Shown here one piece after another: positions 1 through 10,388 of a DNA stretch of 64,000 nucleotides (positions are counted from its first letter, which is position 1; every line of letters begins with the position of its first letter). The DNA comes from Desulfobacterales bacterium (GTDB lineage Bacteria; Desulfobacterota; Desulfobacteria; Desulfobacterales; JARGFK01). Under the pieces are notes generated by a model. That model did no database searches, was not told the origin of the DNA, and saw only the letters and a list, made by a program, of their open reading frames with translations. The stretch is taken from NCBI GenBank assembly GCA_029211065.1, contig JARGFK010000011.1, positions 1 to 64,000 on the forward strand, given 5' to 3'. The position numbers and the translations under genes are program-made.

Positions 1-145
1 TCGCTGGGAGCAGTTCTGGTCGTTTTTTGTTAACCGTCATTTTCCCGAGTTTGGAACGTAATATCAGGCGTACACCCTTTTGACCCATGCTAGAAAAAAA
101 CATTTTATTACCATAATATCTCTTTGTTAAATTTCCAAAGGAACC

Positions 146-2700
146 ATGAGAAACAATTCTGATAAAAGTGACCGGCGGGAACCCGCGGCCGGCACCCTGG
201 GCACATTCGGCGGGGTATTTACCCCCAGCATCCTGACCATCCTGGGTATTATCCTTTTTTCGAGACTCGGCTATGTTGTGGGCAGCGGCGGCCTTGGCCG
301 GACATTGGGCATCCTGCTGATTGCAAACGCCATATCGGTCCTTACCTCCCTTTCGCTCTCGGCTATTTCAACCAACATCCGCGTCAAGGTCGGCGGCGTC
401 TACTACCTCATATCCAGAACCCTCGGCCTGGAATTCGGCGGCGCCATCGGCATTGTCATGTTTCTGGCCCAGTCGGTATCCATTGCGTTTTATTGCATCG
501 GCTTCGGCGAGGTGCTGGCGGTAATCGTTGCCGCCGGAAACGTAAAGATTTTTTCCCAGATTGTGGCCTTATTGTCCCTGGCCGTCCTGTTTGCCCTTGC
601 CTGGATGGGGGCGGACTTGGCCACCCGGTTTCAGTATGTGGTCATGGCTTTTCTCGGTGCGGCCCTGGTTTCCTTCTTTGTCGGTGGATTTGCCAACTGG
701 AATGTTGAACTACTCGTTAAAAACTGGTCGACTCCTGAAAACGGCCTTCCGTTCTGGGCGCTTTTCAGCATCTACTTTCCGGCGGTAACCGGATTTACCC
801 AGGGCTCCAGCATGTCCGGGGACCTGAAAGACCCCGGCAAAAGCCTTCCGCTGGGCACCTTGCTGGCCGTGGGCATATCCATTCTGGTCTATTTTTTGGT
901 GCGGCGGTGCTCCTGGCCGGGTCCCTCCCGGGAAGTATCCTGGTCAGTGATTACGGGGCAATGAAACGGGTGTCCCTGGCGCGGTTTCTGATAGACGCCG
1001 GCGTCATTGCCGCAACCCTGTCGTCCGCCATGGCTTCATTTCTGGGAGCACCCCGCATTTTACAGTCCCTGGCCGCCGACCGTATTTTTCCCTTTCTTCT
1101 TCCTTTTGCCAAAGGGTCCGGTCCGGCCAATAATCCGCGCAGGGCGGTCCTGCTCTCTCTCGGCATCGCCCTGGCGACCACCGGGCTTGGCCGGCTCAAC
1201 ATCATCGCTCCGGTGGTGTCCATGTTTTTCCTGGTGTCCTACGGCCTTTTAAATTACGCCACCTATTATGAAGCCAAGGCCGCCAGCCCCTCATTCCGGC
1301 CCCGTTTCCGATGGTTCCACGCCCGCCTGAGCCTGCTCGGCGCCCTGGCCTGTCTATGCACGATGATGACCATCGATTTTACAGCAGGCATTGTCGCTGT
1401 GGCGGTGTTGTTTGCTATTTATCATTACTTAAAGCAGACTTCCGGGCCGGCCCGCTGGGCCGACAGCCAGCGATCCTATCATCTTCAGCAGGTTCGGGAG
1501 AATCTGTTGTTCGCGGCGGCGGAACCGGAACATCCCCGCAACTGGCGCCCCCAGGTGTTGCTATTCTCCGAAGATGCCAACCGCCGCAAACCGCTTCTCG
1601 ATTTCGCTTCCTGGGTCCAGGGCCGCAGCGGTTTCACAACCGTGGTCCGCATCCTGGAGGGTGAGGGCATTCAGATGCTTCGACAAAAAGCAGAGGCCGA
1701 AACCGAACTGCAAAAAAGTATCCGGGAGCACGGCATATCGGCTTTTTCACTTGTGATGGCAGCCCCTGATTTGACTGTCGGAATCCATACGCTGGTTCAG
1801 GCCTTTGGCATCGGACCGCTGCGGGCCAATACCATTTTATTAAACTGGAAGGAACCGGTTCCGCTTGCCGGCCCTGACGCCAGCAAGGAGCCCTATGGCC
1901 GAAACCTGCGAACCGTTTTCCGGCTCGGTCGCAACATAGTGATTCTAGACGCGAAACCAAAAATATGGGAAGCGCTCGACTCCGTTCCCTCTGAAAAACG
2001 CCGGATCGATGTCTGGTGGTGTGAAGATGCCACCAGCGAACTGATGCTCCTGCTTGCCTATTTGATGACCCGCTGTGATGAATGGGCGGACGCATCCATT
2101 CGGGTTCTTGCCGCCTGCCCTGAACCGGAAGCGGAACAAGCGGTAGAGAATATACGCCAGCTGCTTGATGGCGCCCGTATTGAGGCGCAGCCCGAGGCGG
2201 TCACGGCGCCGAATACAGACATTGTTGCCGCCCGCTCAAAGGACGCCGCGCTGGTATTTCTTCCTTTTCGCCTGAAGGGGAGCCGACTCCTGGATCCATT
2301 CGGCGGTTCCCTGGAAGAACTCCTGCCCCGGCTGCCTTCGACGGTGCTGCTGCTGGCAGCTGAAGATATTGATCTGGATGCCGAACCGGAGGAAGGAAAG
2401 ATCGCTGAGATCGCTGCGGTCATGGATGTGCTGGAAGCTGCCCGCAAAAAAGCCCGCAAAAAGGAAAAGGCAGCCGAGAAAGCACAGACAGAGGCGGAGC
2501 AGAAGGTCCAGGAAGTTCAGGCGGCGGCACAGTCTGAAACAGATTCAGAAAATCTTGCACGACTTAAACTTGAAGCCGAAGCAGCACAGAAAACAGCAGC
2601 ACAGGCTTCCCAAAAAGCCGCCAAGGCAGCTGCAAAGGCCGATGACGCCGCCCAGGATGCAGAGGCGGCCGGTGTGCAGGTCCCGGAAGCCGACAAGTGA
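146..2700 (+). pseudogene. Cation-chloride cotransporter / amino-acid permease (SLC12/APC superfamily). The frame is broken by a 1-nt deletion in a T6 run at 892-897, splitting it into ORFs 146..964 and 907..2700. It has a long Ala/Lys/Glu/Gln-rich C-terminal tail.
   Basis: The N-terminus 'GTFGGVFTPSILTILGIILFSRLGYVVG' is the characteristic SLC12/APC opening motif, and multiple transmembrane segments follow. The two ORFs are contiguous in different frames, and adding one T to the T6 run restores '...ILVYFFGAAVLLAGSLPGS...'. The tail (about 2380-2700) is a low-complexity coiled-coil-like region. Confidence 0.7.
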
Positions 2701-2921
2701 TGAGGGGAAAGGGGGCCAGATGAGGCTATAAAGCTGGGAGGCTGGGAGGATTGAAAACCGAGACTCGATAAGTTTAAAGGGAAAGTACCAAACATCATTG
2801 CTTACAAGCATCCTGGCATTCAGGCAAAACGCAGAGCGTTTTTCAGCCTTGAACCCCTGAACCCTGTCCCGCCTTGGCGGGATTGAATCTTATAGTATCA
2901 CCAGCGTTTTTTAATACGATT

Positions 2922-4031
2922 CTATATTTTCTCCAACAAGTACGACCGGCTCCCGATCCCGAGAGTCTCGGCGTAATCCAGCTGATGGGCCCAGTCCACC
3001 TGGGGATAGATCCCTTTGAACTTATCCTCACCGGCCGCCCGGTTTGTGTTAAGGCTTGATTCCGGCAGGGCCGCTTCCTGGTTCACCAGATCGACACTGG
3101 CCTGGTCGATGGCCACCGGGTCTTTGGATGCCAGAATGCCGATATCCCTGACCACCGACGCATCATTGTGGGCATAGCAGTCGCAGGCCGGGGATACATC
3201 CGTAATAAAATTTATAAACAGGGTTTTGTTTTCTTTTCCCTTCAGGACCCCCTCGGTATATTCCATCATATTTTCCAAAAAAACCGGAATGGCCTGGTTC
3301 CACTGAATCTGAATGGCGCTGCTGGGGCAGACCAGGATGCATTCGCCGCAGCCGATGCACTTTTCCACATCGATCAGGGCCTTTTCTTCAAACAGCGACA
3401 GTGCTTCCTGGGAGCAATGCTGGACACATTCGCCGCAGCCGATGCACTTTTTCTTTACGACTTTGGGGTTGAGGGTGGAATGCTGGGCCAGCTTCCCCCG
3501 GCGGGACGCGCACCCCATTCCCAGGTTTTTCAGGGTCCCGCCGAAACCGGAAAGTTCGTGCCCCTTGAAGTGGGCCACGGAAACCAGGCTATCCGCCTGA
3601 ACGATCTCGGAAGCGATGTAAACCGTTTGAAACCGTTTCCGGTTGATGGATACGGCTGTTTCGCTTCTCCCCCTCAGCCCGTCGGCAATGATCAGCGGCG
3701 CATTCACCACTGCATAGGCAAATCCGTTGATGGTCGCGGTGGTTAAATGCGAAGGGGCATCGCTGCGGGTGCCGGCATAGAGCGTATTGGCGTCGGTTAA
3801 AAACGGGACGGCGCCCAAGGCCTTGATGCTTTCAACAATTTTTCGTAAAAAAACCGGCCGGATAAACGCAGTATTGCCCAGCTCGCCAAAGTGTAATTTG
3901 ACTGCCGTAATATCCCGGCCGGCCACAGCTTGAGACAAACCGGCCGTTTCAATCAGCCGGCCTATCTTGGCAAGGAGGTTTTCCTTGAAGGTTGCTTTTA
4001 AATCGATCATATAAACGATGGGTTTCATCAA
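2922..4031 (-). CDS. DUF362 domain protein with two 4Fe-4S ferredoxin-type cluster motifs
   Basis: Two CxxCxxCxxxCP motifs (CIGCGECVQHC, CIGCGECILVCP) sit inside a DUF362-like architecture. Length is 369 aa. Confidence 0.7.
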   Translation of the reverse strand: MMKPIVYMIDLKATFKENLLAKIGRLIETAGLSQAVAGRDITAVKLHFGELGNTAFIRPVFLRKIVESIKALGAVPFLTDANTLYAGTRSDAPSHLTTATINGFAYAVVNAPLIIADGLRGRSETAVSINRKRFQTVYIASEIVQADSLVSVAHFKGHELSGFGGTLKNLGMGCASRRGKLAQHSTLNPKVVKKKCIGCGECVQHCSQEALSLFEEKALIDVEKCIGCGECILVCPSSAIQIQWNQAIPVFLENMMEYTEGVLKGKENKTLFINFITDVSPACDCYAHNDASVVRDIGILASKDPVAIDQASVDLVNQEAALPESSLNTNRAAGEDKFKGIYPQVDWAHQLDYAETLGIGSRSYLLEKI

Positions 4032-4171
4032 AACTCCTTAAAATATTTATCGGCCGTTTGGTTTATAGGAGCAGTTCTCAGGGGTCGGGGATCAGGGGTA
4101 ATCATTATTTAGGGTCCTGGCCCCCCGACACCTGATCCCTGAAGGCTTGACGTTACTGTCTGCCCTCTCTA

Positions 4172-5083
4172 ATGTCAAGTTGTTTGCCTTTTGGCGTTTA
4201 TGAAAAATTGATCATTTGTCTTGACAGGCCAGCGACAATTGAAGTTACATATAAATTAAGGATCAGAGGCCGACTTTGGTCTAAGCCCGGAGGGTATGAT
4301 TTCAACAAGTGCCATTGGGGAAATTCGTGCTTCGTATTTAAATTTTATAAGGCAGCGCCACTGAGCTCTGACCAAGCCTATAAAAAACAGGTTTTCTATG
4401 AAGGAATTAATTTGGAACTTGATATAAAGCTGAAACTGCTGGAACGGATGTATCAATTATACGACGATAGTCTCGCATCCTATGACCTGGCCTGCCGGAA
4501 ATTTTGTTTGGACTGCTGTACCCGTAATGTCACAATCACTACCCTGGAGGGGTATCAGATTATCAGGCATTTATTATTTCATGACCAGCTGAAATTTTTA
4601 GAGAGACTGAAGGCAGATGTGTCGCTTCCGCGCTTTCAGCCCCGCACCACCACGAACCGGATTGCCCGGCTGTGCGCGGCGGGAGATGATATTCCGGCTG
4701 AAGAAACCGATTCCGACAGGGGCGCCTGTCCCTTGCTGGAAGACAGCCTGTGCCGCATTTATGCGGTCCGGCCGTTCGGGTGCCGCTGCCTGGTTTCTAT
4801 AAAAAAATGCGCTGACACCGGCTGTGCCGAAGTGGATGACTTTCTGCTGAGCGTAAACACCGTGTTCCTGCAATATATTGAACATATCGATATGAAAGGC
4901 CGGTCCGGGAATCTTATCGATGTGCTGCTCTGGATGGAATCGGAAAAAAACCGTCAGATTTATGAAGGGGGCGCCCTGCCGGAAAGCGAAATGATCGGCA
5001 ACCAGCCGATCCCATTTCTGTTTGTCCCGCCGAAACACCGGGACAGAATGAAACCGATCATAAACGCGCTGCAGTCGCTTTAA
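4172..5083 (+). CDS. YkgJ/UPF0153-family cysteine-cluster (CxxCxxCC zinc/iron-chelating domain) protein. The start is uncertain; an internal Met near 4451 is possible.
   Basis: Motifs 'CRKFCLDCC' and 'CPLLEDSLCRIYAVRPFGCRCL' are typical of PF03692-type proteins. A promoter-like TTGACA at 4218-4223 inside the long ORF suggests the true start lies downstream. Confidence 0.55.
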   Translation: MSSCLPFGVYEKLIICLDRPATIEVTYKLRIRGRLWSKPGGYDFNKCHWGNSCFVFKFYKAAPLSSDQAYKKQVFYEGINLELDIKLKLLERMYQLYDDSLASYDLACRKFCLDCCTRNVTITTLEGYQIIRHLLFHDQLKFLERLKADVSLPRFQPRTTTNRIARLCAAGDDIPAEETDSDRGACPLLEDSLCRIYAVRPFGCRCLVSIKKCADTGCAEVDDFLLSVNTVFLQYIEHIDMKGRSGNLIDVLLWMESEKNRQIYEGGALPESEMIGNQPIPFLFVPPKHRDRMKPIINALQSL

Positions 5084-5213
5084 AAGATGATCCTAAATTT
5101 TGATGGTCTCGTAAAAAGTCGAAAATGCTTCTCAATCGTCATTCCCGCGAAAGCGGGAATCCAGTGATTTCAATATGCAAAATTTCCGGCAACTGGAATT
5201 TTACTGCTTGCCC

Positions 5214-5242
5214 TTGACGGTTAAAGACGATTTTCATATACT
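5214..5242 (+). promoter_or_regulatory. Sigma70-type promoter (TTGACG-N17-TATACT) upstream of the HTH/YhcG gene pair
   Basis: TTGACG is at 5214-5219 and TATACT at 5237-5242, separated by a 17-nt spacer. Confidence 0.45.
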
Positions 5243-5370
5243 CTCATTGGTTTTTATTAGTTTTTGTAGATATCTAAACGGCCCACCTGCTGTGGCATTG
5301 TAAACCCAGACAGAACCTGGCCAAGAGGGATGTAATTACTGCTGAAGAACGCTGGGTTGGCGTCGATGAT

Positions 5371-5544
5371 GTGGCCACCCACCTTGGGGTTGCCAAACAC
5401 TCTGTGTATAGATGGATCGAACAGCGGGCGCTTCCATCTCACCGGGTGGGGCGGCTCTTTCGTTTCAAGTTATCCGAAATAGACGAGTGGGTGAATTCCG
5501 GCGGAGCCGGCTACAAAAAACCTGATTCCAGGGAAAATCACTAA
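5371..5544 (+). CDS. Small helix-turn-helix DNA-binding protein of the excisionase/AlpA (MerR-like) family. No canonical ATG is present; the start is assigned to GTG.
   Basis: Translation 'EERWVGVDDVATHLGVAKHSVYRWIEQRALPSHRVGRLFRFKLSEIDEWV' matches the excisionase-type HTH pattern (…tvyrWi…lP..rvGr..rF…l..W). The in-frame open region 5269-5544 has no ATG, so the start is uncertain and the gene may be decaying. Confidence 0.4.
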   Translation: MATHLGVAKHSVYRWIEQRALPSHRVGRLFRFKLSEIDEWVNSGGAGYKKPDSRENH

Positions 5545-5662
5545 TGGCGAAACCACTCGCCGATAGAATCATAAAGAGAATCATCCAGTCAGCCAAGCTG
5601 TAGCACCGTCTTGTCATGCCGACGGCTCACGGCGACCCCGGCGGAAATGAGAAAGCGGTTCA

Positions 5663-6958
5663 ATGACGAATAAACCAAAAAGTCCGGATACGAGTTTGGA
5701 TGTCCATTACGATTCGGTCCTTGGGGACATCTCCAATGTCATTGATGCGGCCAGAAGGTCTGCAGCCCGTTCGATAAATTACATCATGACTGCGGCTTAT
5801 TGGCTGGCCGGAAGGCGTATCGTGGAGTCCGAACAGGAAGGCGAGAAACGCGCCACGTACGGAGAGGAATTGCTCAAACGGTTGTCGGTCGATCTTGGCA
5901 AACGTTATGGACGTGGGTTCGGAGTTGATAATCTCCAGCGATTTCGCGCCTTCTACCTCGTTTACCCCCCAGAACGAATTTACGCGACACTGTCGCGTAA
6001 ATTGCCTGATGAAGACCAGATCGGGAAATACGCAACGCCGTTGCGTATTTCTCAAACGAAATCAATGGACAAACCTGACGGTTCAATTCTCCAGACACCG
6101 TCTGCAGAATTGGCCCTTGTCGAGATTGCGCGCTGTTTCCATCTACCCTGGTCTGCCTATGTCCGCTTGCTTTCGGTGAAAAATGAAAATGCCAGGGGCT
6201 TCTACGAAACCGAAGCTTTGCGCGGCGGCTGGTCGGTGCGGCAACTCGACCGGCAGATTAATTCCCAGTTCTACGAACGGACAGCCCTTTCCCGCAACAA
6301 AACCGCCATGTTGAGCAAGGGGCAAAAGGCGCTGCCTGAAGATACTGTTCTTCCTGAAGAAGAAATCAAAGACCCTTTTATGCTGGAATTTCTTGGCCTC
6401 AAGGACGAATATTCCGAAACCGACCTGGAAGAGGCGCTTATCCGACATCTGGAGACCTTTCTCTTGGAGTTGGGCGGCGATTTCTGCTTTATCGGCAGAC
6501 AGAAGCGCCTTCGCATCGGTGACGAATGGTATCGGGTGGACCTGCTCTTTTTCCATCGTCGCCTGCGATGCCTGGTGATCATCGACCTGAAGCTCGGCAA
6601 ATTCACCCACTCCGATGCCGGTCAGATGCACCTTTATCTCAACTATGCGCGGGAACACTGGGTTCACAAGGATGAAAATCCACCCGTGGGGCTGATCCTT
6701 TGCGCCCGAAAAGATGAGGCCGTCGCCCGGTACGCCCTTGAAGGGCTCCCTAACAAGGTGATGGCCTCGGAGTATCGGACGGCACTGCCGGATGAAAAGG
6801 AACTGGCGGCCGAGATTGAACGGACACAGGCTTTGCTGCAGGATCGAAAAAGAACCGCTTTGACTTTGCGCCCGGCAATTAGGACAAAAAAAGGTAAAAA
6901 AACCACGCGGAGCTCAGCAGGCAGAAAAGGGGCTGCAAAGGGGCCAAAGGGATCATAA
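5663..6958 (+). CDS. YhcG-family (DUF1016) PD-(D/E)xK nuclease
   Basis: An N-terminal DUF1016-like region is followed by a C-terminal core 'FCFIGRQKRLRIGDEWYRVDLLFFHRRLRCLVIIDLKLGKFTHSDAGQMHLYLNYAREH' (D...ExK nuclease fold). The C-terminal tail is Lys/Gly-rich. Confidence 0.75.
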   Translation: MTNKPKSPDTSLDVHYDSVLGDISNVIDAARRSAARSINYIMTAAYWLAGRRIVESEQEGEKRATYGEELLKRLSVDLGKRYGRGFGVDNLQRFRAFYLVYPPERIYATLSRKLPDEDQIGKYATPLRISQTKSMDKPDGSILQTPSAELALVEIARCFHLPWSAYVRLLSVKNENARGFYETEALRGGWSVRQLDRQINSQFYERTALSRNKTAMLSKGQKALPEDTVLPEEEIKDPFMLEFLGLKDEYSETDLEEALIRHLETFLLELGGDFCFIGRQKRLRIGDEWYRVDLLFFHRRLRCLVIIDLKLGKFTHSDAGQMHLYLNYAREHWVHKDENPPVGLILCARKDEAVARYALEGLPNKVMASEYRTALPDEKELAAEIERTQALLQDRKRTALTLRPAIRTKKGKKTTRSSAGRKGAAKGPKGS

Positions 6959-7163
6959 ATAGCGCAACCGGCACAAGTCGTTCAGAAATCGGATGCAATC
7001 CGGGAGCAGGAAACGGATTTCAGGAATTCCTCCCTGGAGAGGAGAGCGGTTGTCATAAAAACATTCCGTTATCCCAACATTTTTTTCTACAACCGCTTAT
7101 ACCGCAATTCATTGTTTCGGAACTTTATTATGGAAAGCGGTATAACACTCCATACGTAAACCA

Positions 7164-9080
7164 ATGCCGAAAAAGAAAACAAAACTGGATCGATTTGCCG
7201 ATTTGACCTGGAATGATCTCGAGGAATGGGCCGGAAGCAAGATCGTCTCCCGGGGGAAGAATTATCAGCGTCAGGGCCATGTCAGTGATTTGGCCGTAAC
7301 CGAAGACGACGGCCTGATCGCCTGGGTGGACGGTACGGAAAGGTATGCTACCAAGGTGGCCATGGATGACGACGGTCTGCCGGATTCGGTCTGCACCTGC
7401 CCTTATGAAGTGGATTGCAAGCACGGGGTGGCGGTGGTGGTCGATTATCTCAAGCGGATGGAAGACAATAAGCCCTTTCCCAAGGCAGGCCGGGACGATG
7501 CCCGCTTGAAGCTACTGAAAGATGAAGACTGGGATGATGAACCGATTGATGAGGAAATGGCGGTATCCGAGGACGTGCAAAAGGAGATCGACCCGTTTCT
7601 AAAAGGAAAAACAAAAACTCAACTCATTGAGCTATTTCACGAAATCGCGCGACAGCACCCTGAAATGGCGCAGGCGCTTGAAGACCACCGGCAATTGACA
7701 TCAGGCCATACCAAAACACTGGTGACACGCCTTCGCCGTGAAATTCAAGAGATCGGCAATGAACCCGGCTGGCAGGATTACTGGCGGGGCGGCGGGTATA
7801 CGCCGGACTATTCCGGAATTCGCAAGAAGCTTGAAACACTACTTGAAACCGGGCATGCCGACGAGGTGCTGAAGCTGGGGCGGGAACTGATGTCCACCGG
7901 TATCCGCCAGGTGGAGGAGAGCCATGACGAGGGTGAGACGGCGATGGAGGTTGCCGACTGTATGCCGGTGATCGTCAAAGCATTGGATCGGTCTTCACTT
8001 GATTCTGCCGATAAGCTGAACTGGGCTTTAGATGCCGAGCTAAAGGACCAGTACGAGGTGTGTGAGGCCTTTGTCGAATATCTCCACCGCCAGCACCCCA
8101 AATCCGCCTGGCAGGCCCTTGCGGACCGGCTGTTGTTGCGTTTGAAGGAGGTGAAACATTCTAAAGGCGCTGACGATTTCAGCCGCCGCTACGAACGTGA
8201 CCGGCTCAGTGACTGGGCGATCTACGCCTTGGATCAGGCCGGCCGGAAGGACGAGATTATCCCCCTATGTGAGGCTGAGGCCAACAAGACGGGCAGCTAT
8301 GACCGCTTGGTCAAGCTCCTGGTTTCGGCACGTCGCTATGAGGAGGCCGAATGCTGGATTCGGGAGGGAGTCCAAGCGACAAAAGACAAATGGCCTGGGA
8401 TCGCCGCCGGACTGCGTAATGCACTTCGGGAAATTCGAACGCAACAGAAGAACTGGCCTGTGGTGGCGGCGATACAGGTCGAGGAATTCGTACGCCGTCC
8501 CTCGCGACAGGCTTTTACAAGCTGCCAAAAGGCCGCTGCCAAGGTCATGGCTTGGCCTGAGGTGCGCGAATTCCTATTGCAATACCTCGAAAAAGGCGAG
8601 CCGCCCTGGAAGCGGGAGGGCTGGTCCCTTCCGGATTCCGGCCTGGATGTGCCGGAAACTGAACGAAAAGACCGATTTCCAATGGTGAGCGATCTTATTG
8701 AAATGGCCATATTGGAAAAGAAACCCGAACGAGTATTATTTTGGTACGACCGGCTTCCAAAGAAACAATACGGGTGGTACGGCATTGACGACGATGAGGT
8801 TGCCACGGCCGTTCAAACCCATGCCCCGGATCGAGCGGTGGCCATCTGGAAGCGCAAGGCGGAAAAATTGATCGCCCAGGTCAAGCCAAAGGCATACCAG
8901 GAGGCGGGCCGATACTTGCGCAAGGCCGCCAAAATCATGGCCGAAGAAAGAAAACAAGCGGAGTGGAACCGATATCTGCAAAGCCTGAGGGAACACCATG
9001 CCCGCAAGATCCGACTGACTGCGGTCCTGGATAGCCTAGACGAAAAACCGATCATAAAAAAGAAGACACCGTCGAAATAA
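7164..9080 (+). CDS. SWIM zinc-finger domain protein (638 aa), function unknown
   Basis: The N-terminal motif 'CTCPYEVDCKHGVAV' follows the SWIM CxCxnCxH pattern. The rest is largely alpha-helical and uncharacterised. No SNF2 helicase partner is adjacent. Confidence 0.7.
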   Translation: MPKKKTKLDRFADLTWNDLEEWAGSKIVSRGKNYQRQGHVSDLAVTEDDGLIAWVDGTERYATKVAMDDDGLPDSVCTCPYEVDCKHGVAVVVDYLKRMEDNKPFPKAGRDDARLKLLKDEDWDDEPIDEEMAVSEDVQKEIDPFLKGKTKTQLIELFHEIARQHPEMAQALEDHRQLTSGHTKTLVTRLRREIQEIGNEPGWQDYWRGGGYTPDYSGIRKKLETLLETGHADEVLKLGRELMSTGIRQVEESHDEGETAMEVADCMPVIVKALDRSSLDSADKLNWALDAELKDQYEVCEAFVEYLHRQHPKSAWQALADRLLLRLKEVKHSKGADDFSRRYERDRLSDWAIYALDQAGRKDEIIPLCEAEANKTGSYDRLVKLLVSARRYEEAECWIREGVQATKDKWPGIAAGLRNALREIRTQQKNWPVVAAIQVEEFVRRPSRQAFTSCQKAAAKVMAWPEVREFLLQYLEKGEPPWKREGWSLPDSGLDVPETERKDRFPMVSDLIEMAILEKKPERVLFWYDRLPKKQYGWYGIDDDEVATAVQTHAPDRAVAIWKRKAEKLIAQVKPKAYQEAGRYLRKAAKIMAEERKQAEWNRYLQSLREHHARKIRLTAVLDSLDEKPIIKKKTPSK

Positions 9081-9245
9081 CGATCTTTAACAGCAGGATC
9101 ACACTGTTCACGTCGGATGACGAAAAGGTGCGACGCATCCACCAAATCCTCTGTAAATTTAACCAACCATGGGACGGTTGGTGGCGAAGATAAAGACGAA
9201 TATGGAAAAGGCTGTTGTTGAAAAAGCCACAAGTCCGATTAAGAC

Positions 9246-10085
9246 TTAAATTTTTAACAGCTCGGCGGCATTTTTCCCCAGAATACGCCGGGTTTCATCC
9301 GGCGAAAGTCCGGCTGCTTCCATTTCCTTGAAATATTTGGCAGGCTTGATCAACGGATAGTCGCTGCCGAACAAAATTTTTTCAGGGCCCACAATTTGAA
9401 CGGCAATGCTGTAAACCTTGGGATCATATAGAAAGGGGGATGCAGCCGTATCAAAATAAATATTTTGCAGGCTTTCCTTGATTTCCTTTTTTACCAGATG
9501 GAAGAAAAACAGTCCCCCGCCCCAGTGGGCCAGAACGATCTTGTTTTCAGGAAACTTCCGTATCAGCCCATAGAGCTGCGGAAACGTCATGGGAACTTTG
9601 CCGGGATATTTATGACCGATGGGCTTATTGGTATGAATCAGAACCGGCACATCGGCCTGCCGGCAGATCTCCATAATGGGCGCCAAACGATTAATGGACC
9701 CCTCATCAAACCCAGACTGATAATATGCAAGCTCACCGACGCCGGAAAAACTTCCCGCCAGACAGCGCTGCGCTTCGGTTACAGCTTCCTCACTGAATGG
9801 ATCCAGACAGCAAAAACCGATCAGACGCGTTGGAAATCTTTCTATTGATTCAGCGATATAGTCGTTATGATCGCTCAGGGTCTTGGGGTTTTTCCAGGGG
9901 AAACCAAAGACGACGGCCTTGTCGATTTCCTGTGCGTCCATCACCGCGATCAGCTCCTGCGCCCCAATCAATTTTGACTTCGGCAAACTGTAAAGCAATG
10001 AAAACGCCGTCTCGGCAGGAAAATACTTCTCCCTGTTCTCGCGGATCTTCCCGGGAAAAATATGCGTATGAAAATCGATGATCAT
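9246..10085 (-). CDS. Amidohydrolase-2 family metal-dependent hydrolase (TIM barrel)
   Basis: The N-terminus 'MIIDFHTHIFP' is the hallmark of the Amidohydro_2 family. Length is 279 aa. Confidence 0.75.
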   Translation of the reverse strand: MIIDFHTHIFPGKIRENREKYFPAETAFSLLYSLPKSKLIGAQELIAVMDAQEIDKAVVFGFPWKNPKTLSDHNDYIAESIERFPTRLIGFCCLDPFSEEAVTEAQRCLAGSFSGVGELAYYQSGFDEGSINRLAPIMEICRQADVPVLIHTNKPIGHKYPGKVPMTFPQLYGLIRKFPENKIVLAHWGGGLFFFHLVKKEIKESLQNIYFDTAASPFLYDPKVYSIAVQIVGPEKILFGSDYPLIKPAKYFKEMEAAGLSPDETRRILGKNAAELLKI

Positions 10086-10263
10086 GTCTCTATCCCGCCT
10101 GAAGATATACTTTTATGGTTAAAATACATTTCACATGAGTTCGTGGCAACAAAAAAATGCTGCCGCAGGGCCAATCATCAATTTTGCAGAAAAATCTGCA
10201 AGAATCCAACCGCACACTTTGCCTAACCCTTTGTAATTTTGCGATGTTATTTAGAAAGCACGG

Positions 10264-10292
10264 TTGACAACCCAAGCCCCTTCTGATATTTT
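10264..10292 (+). promoter_or_regulatory. Candidate sigma70 promoter with extended -10 (TTGACA-N17-TGaTATTTT) for the SPFH/zinc-ribbon operon
   Basis: TTGACA is at 10264-10269 and an extended -10 'tgatatttt' lies at 10284-10292, about 95 nt upstream of the ATG at 10389. Confidence 0.35.
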
Positions 10293-10388
10293 TATTGCGG
10301 TAAAATCACGACCGGCGGATGTTGATGCCTGTGGGAGCGTCTGCTAAGTTCACACAATACATACGACAACTTTTGGGAGAATAATACC

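Noticed and set aside
2369-2731. Arg/Lys-rich 120-aa ORF overlapping the transporter tail
   Set aside because: It is an alternate-frame reading of the low-complexity GCN/AAG-rich tail, with no independent signals.
2869-2882. cccgcc-ttgg-cggg hairpin as terminator between the transporter and the DUF362 gene
   Set aside because: The stem is short and has no adjacent U-tract on either strand, so it is not reported as a feature.
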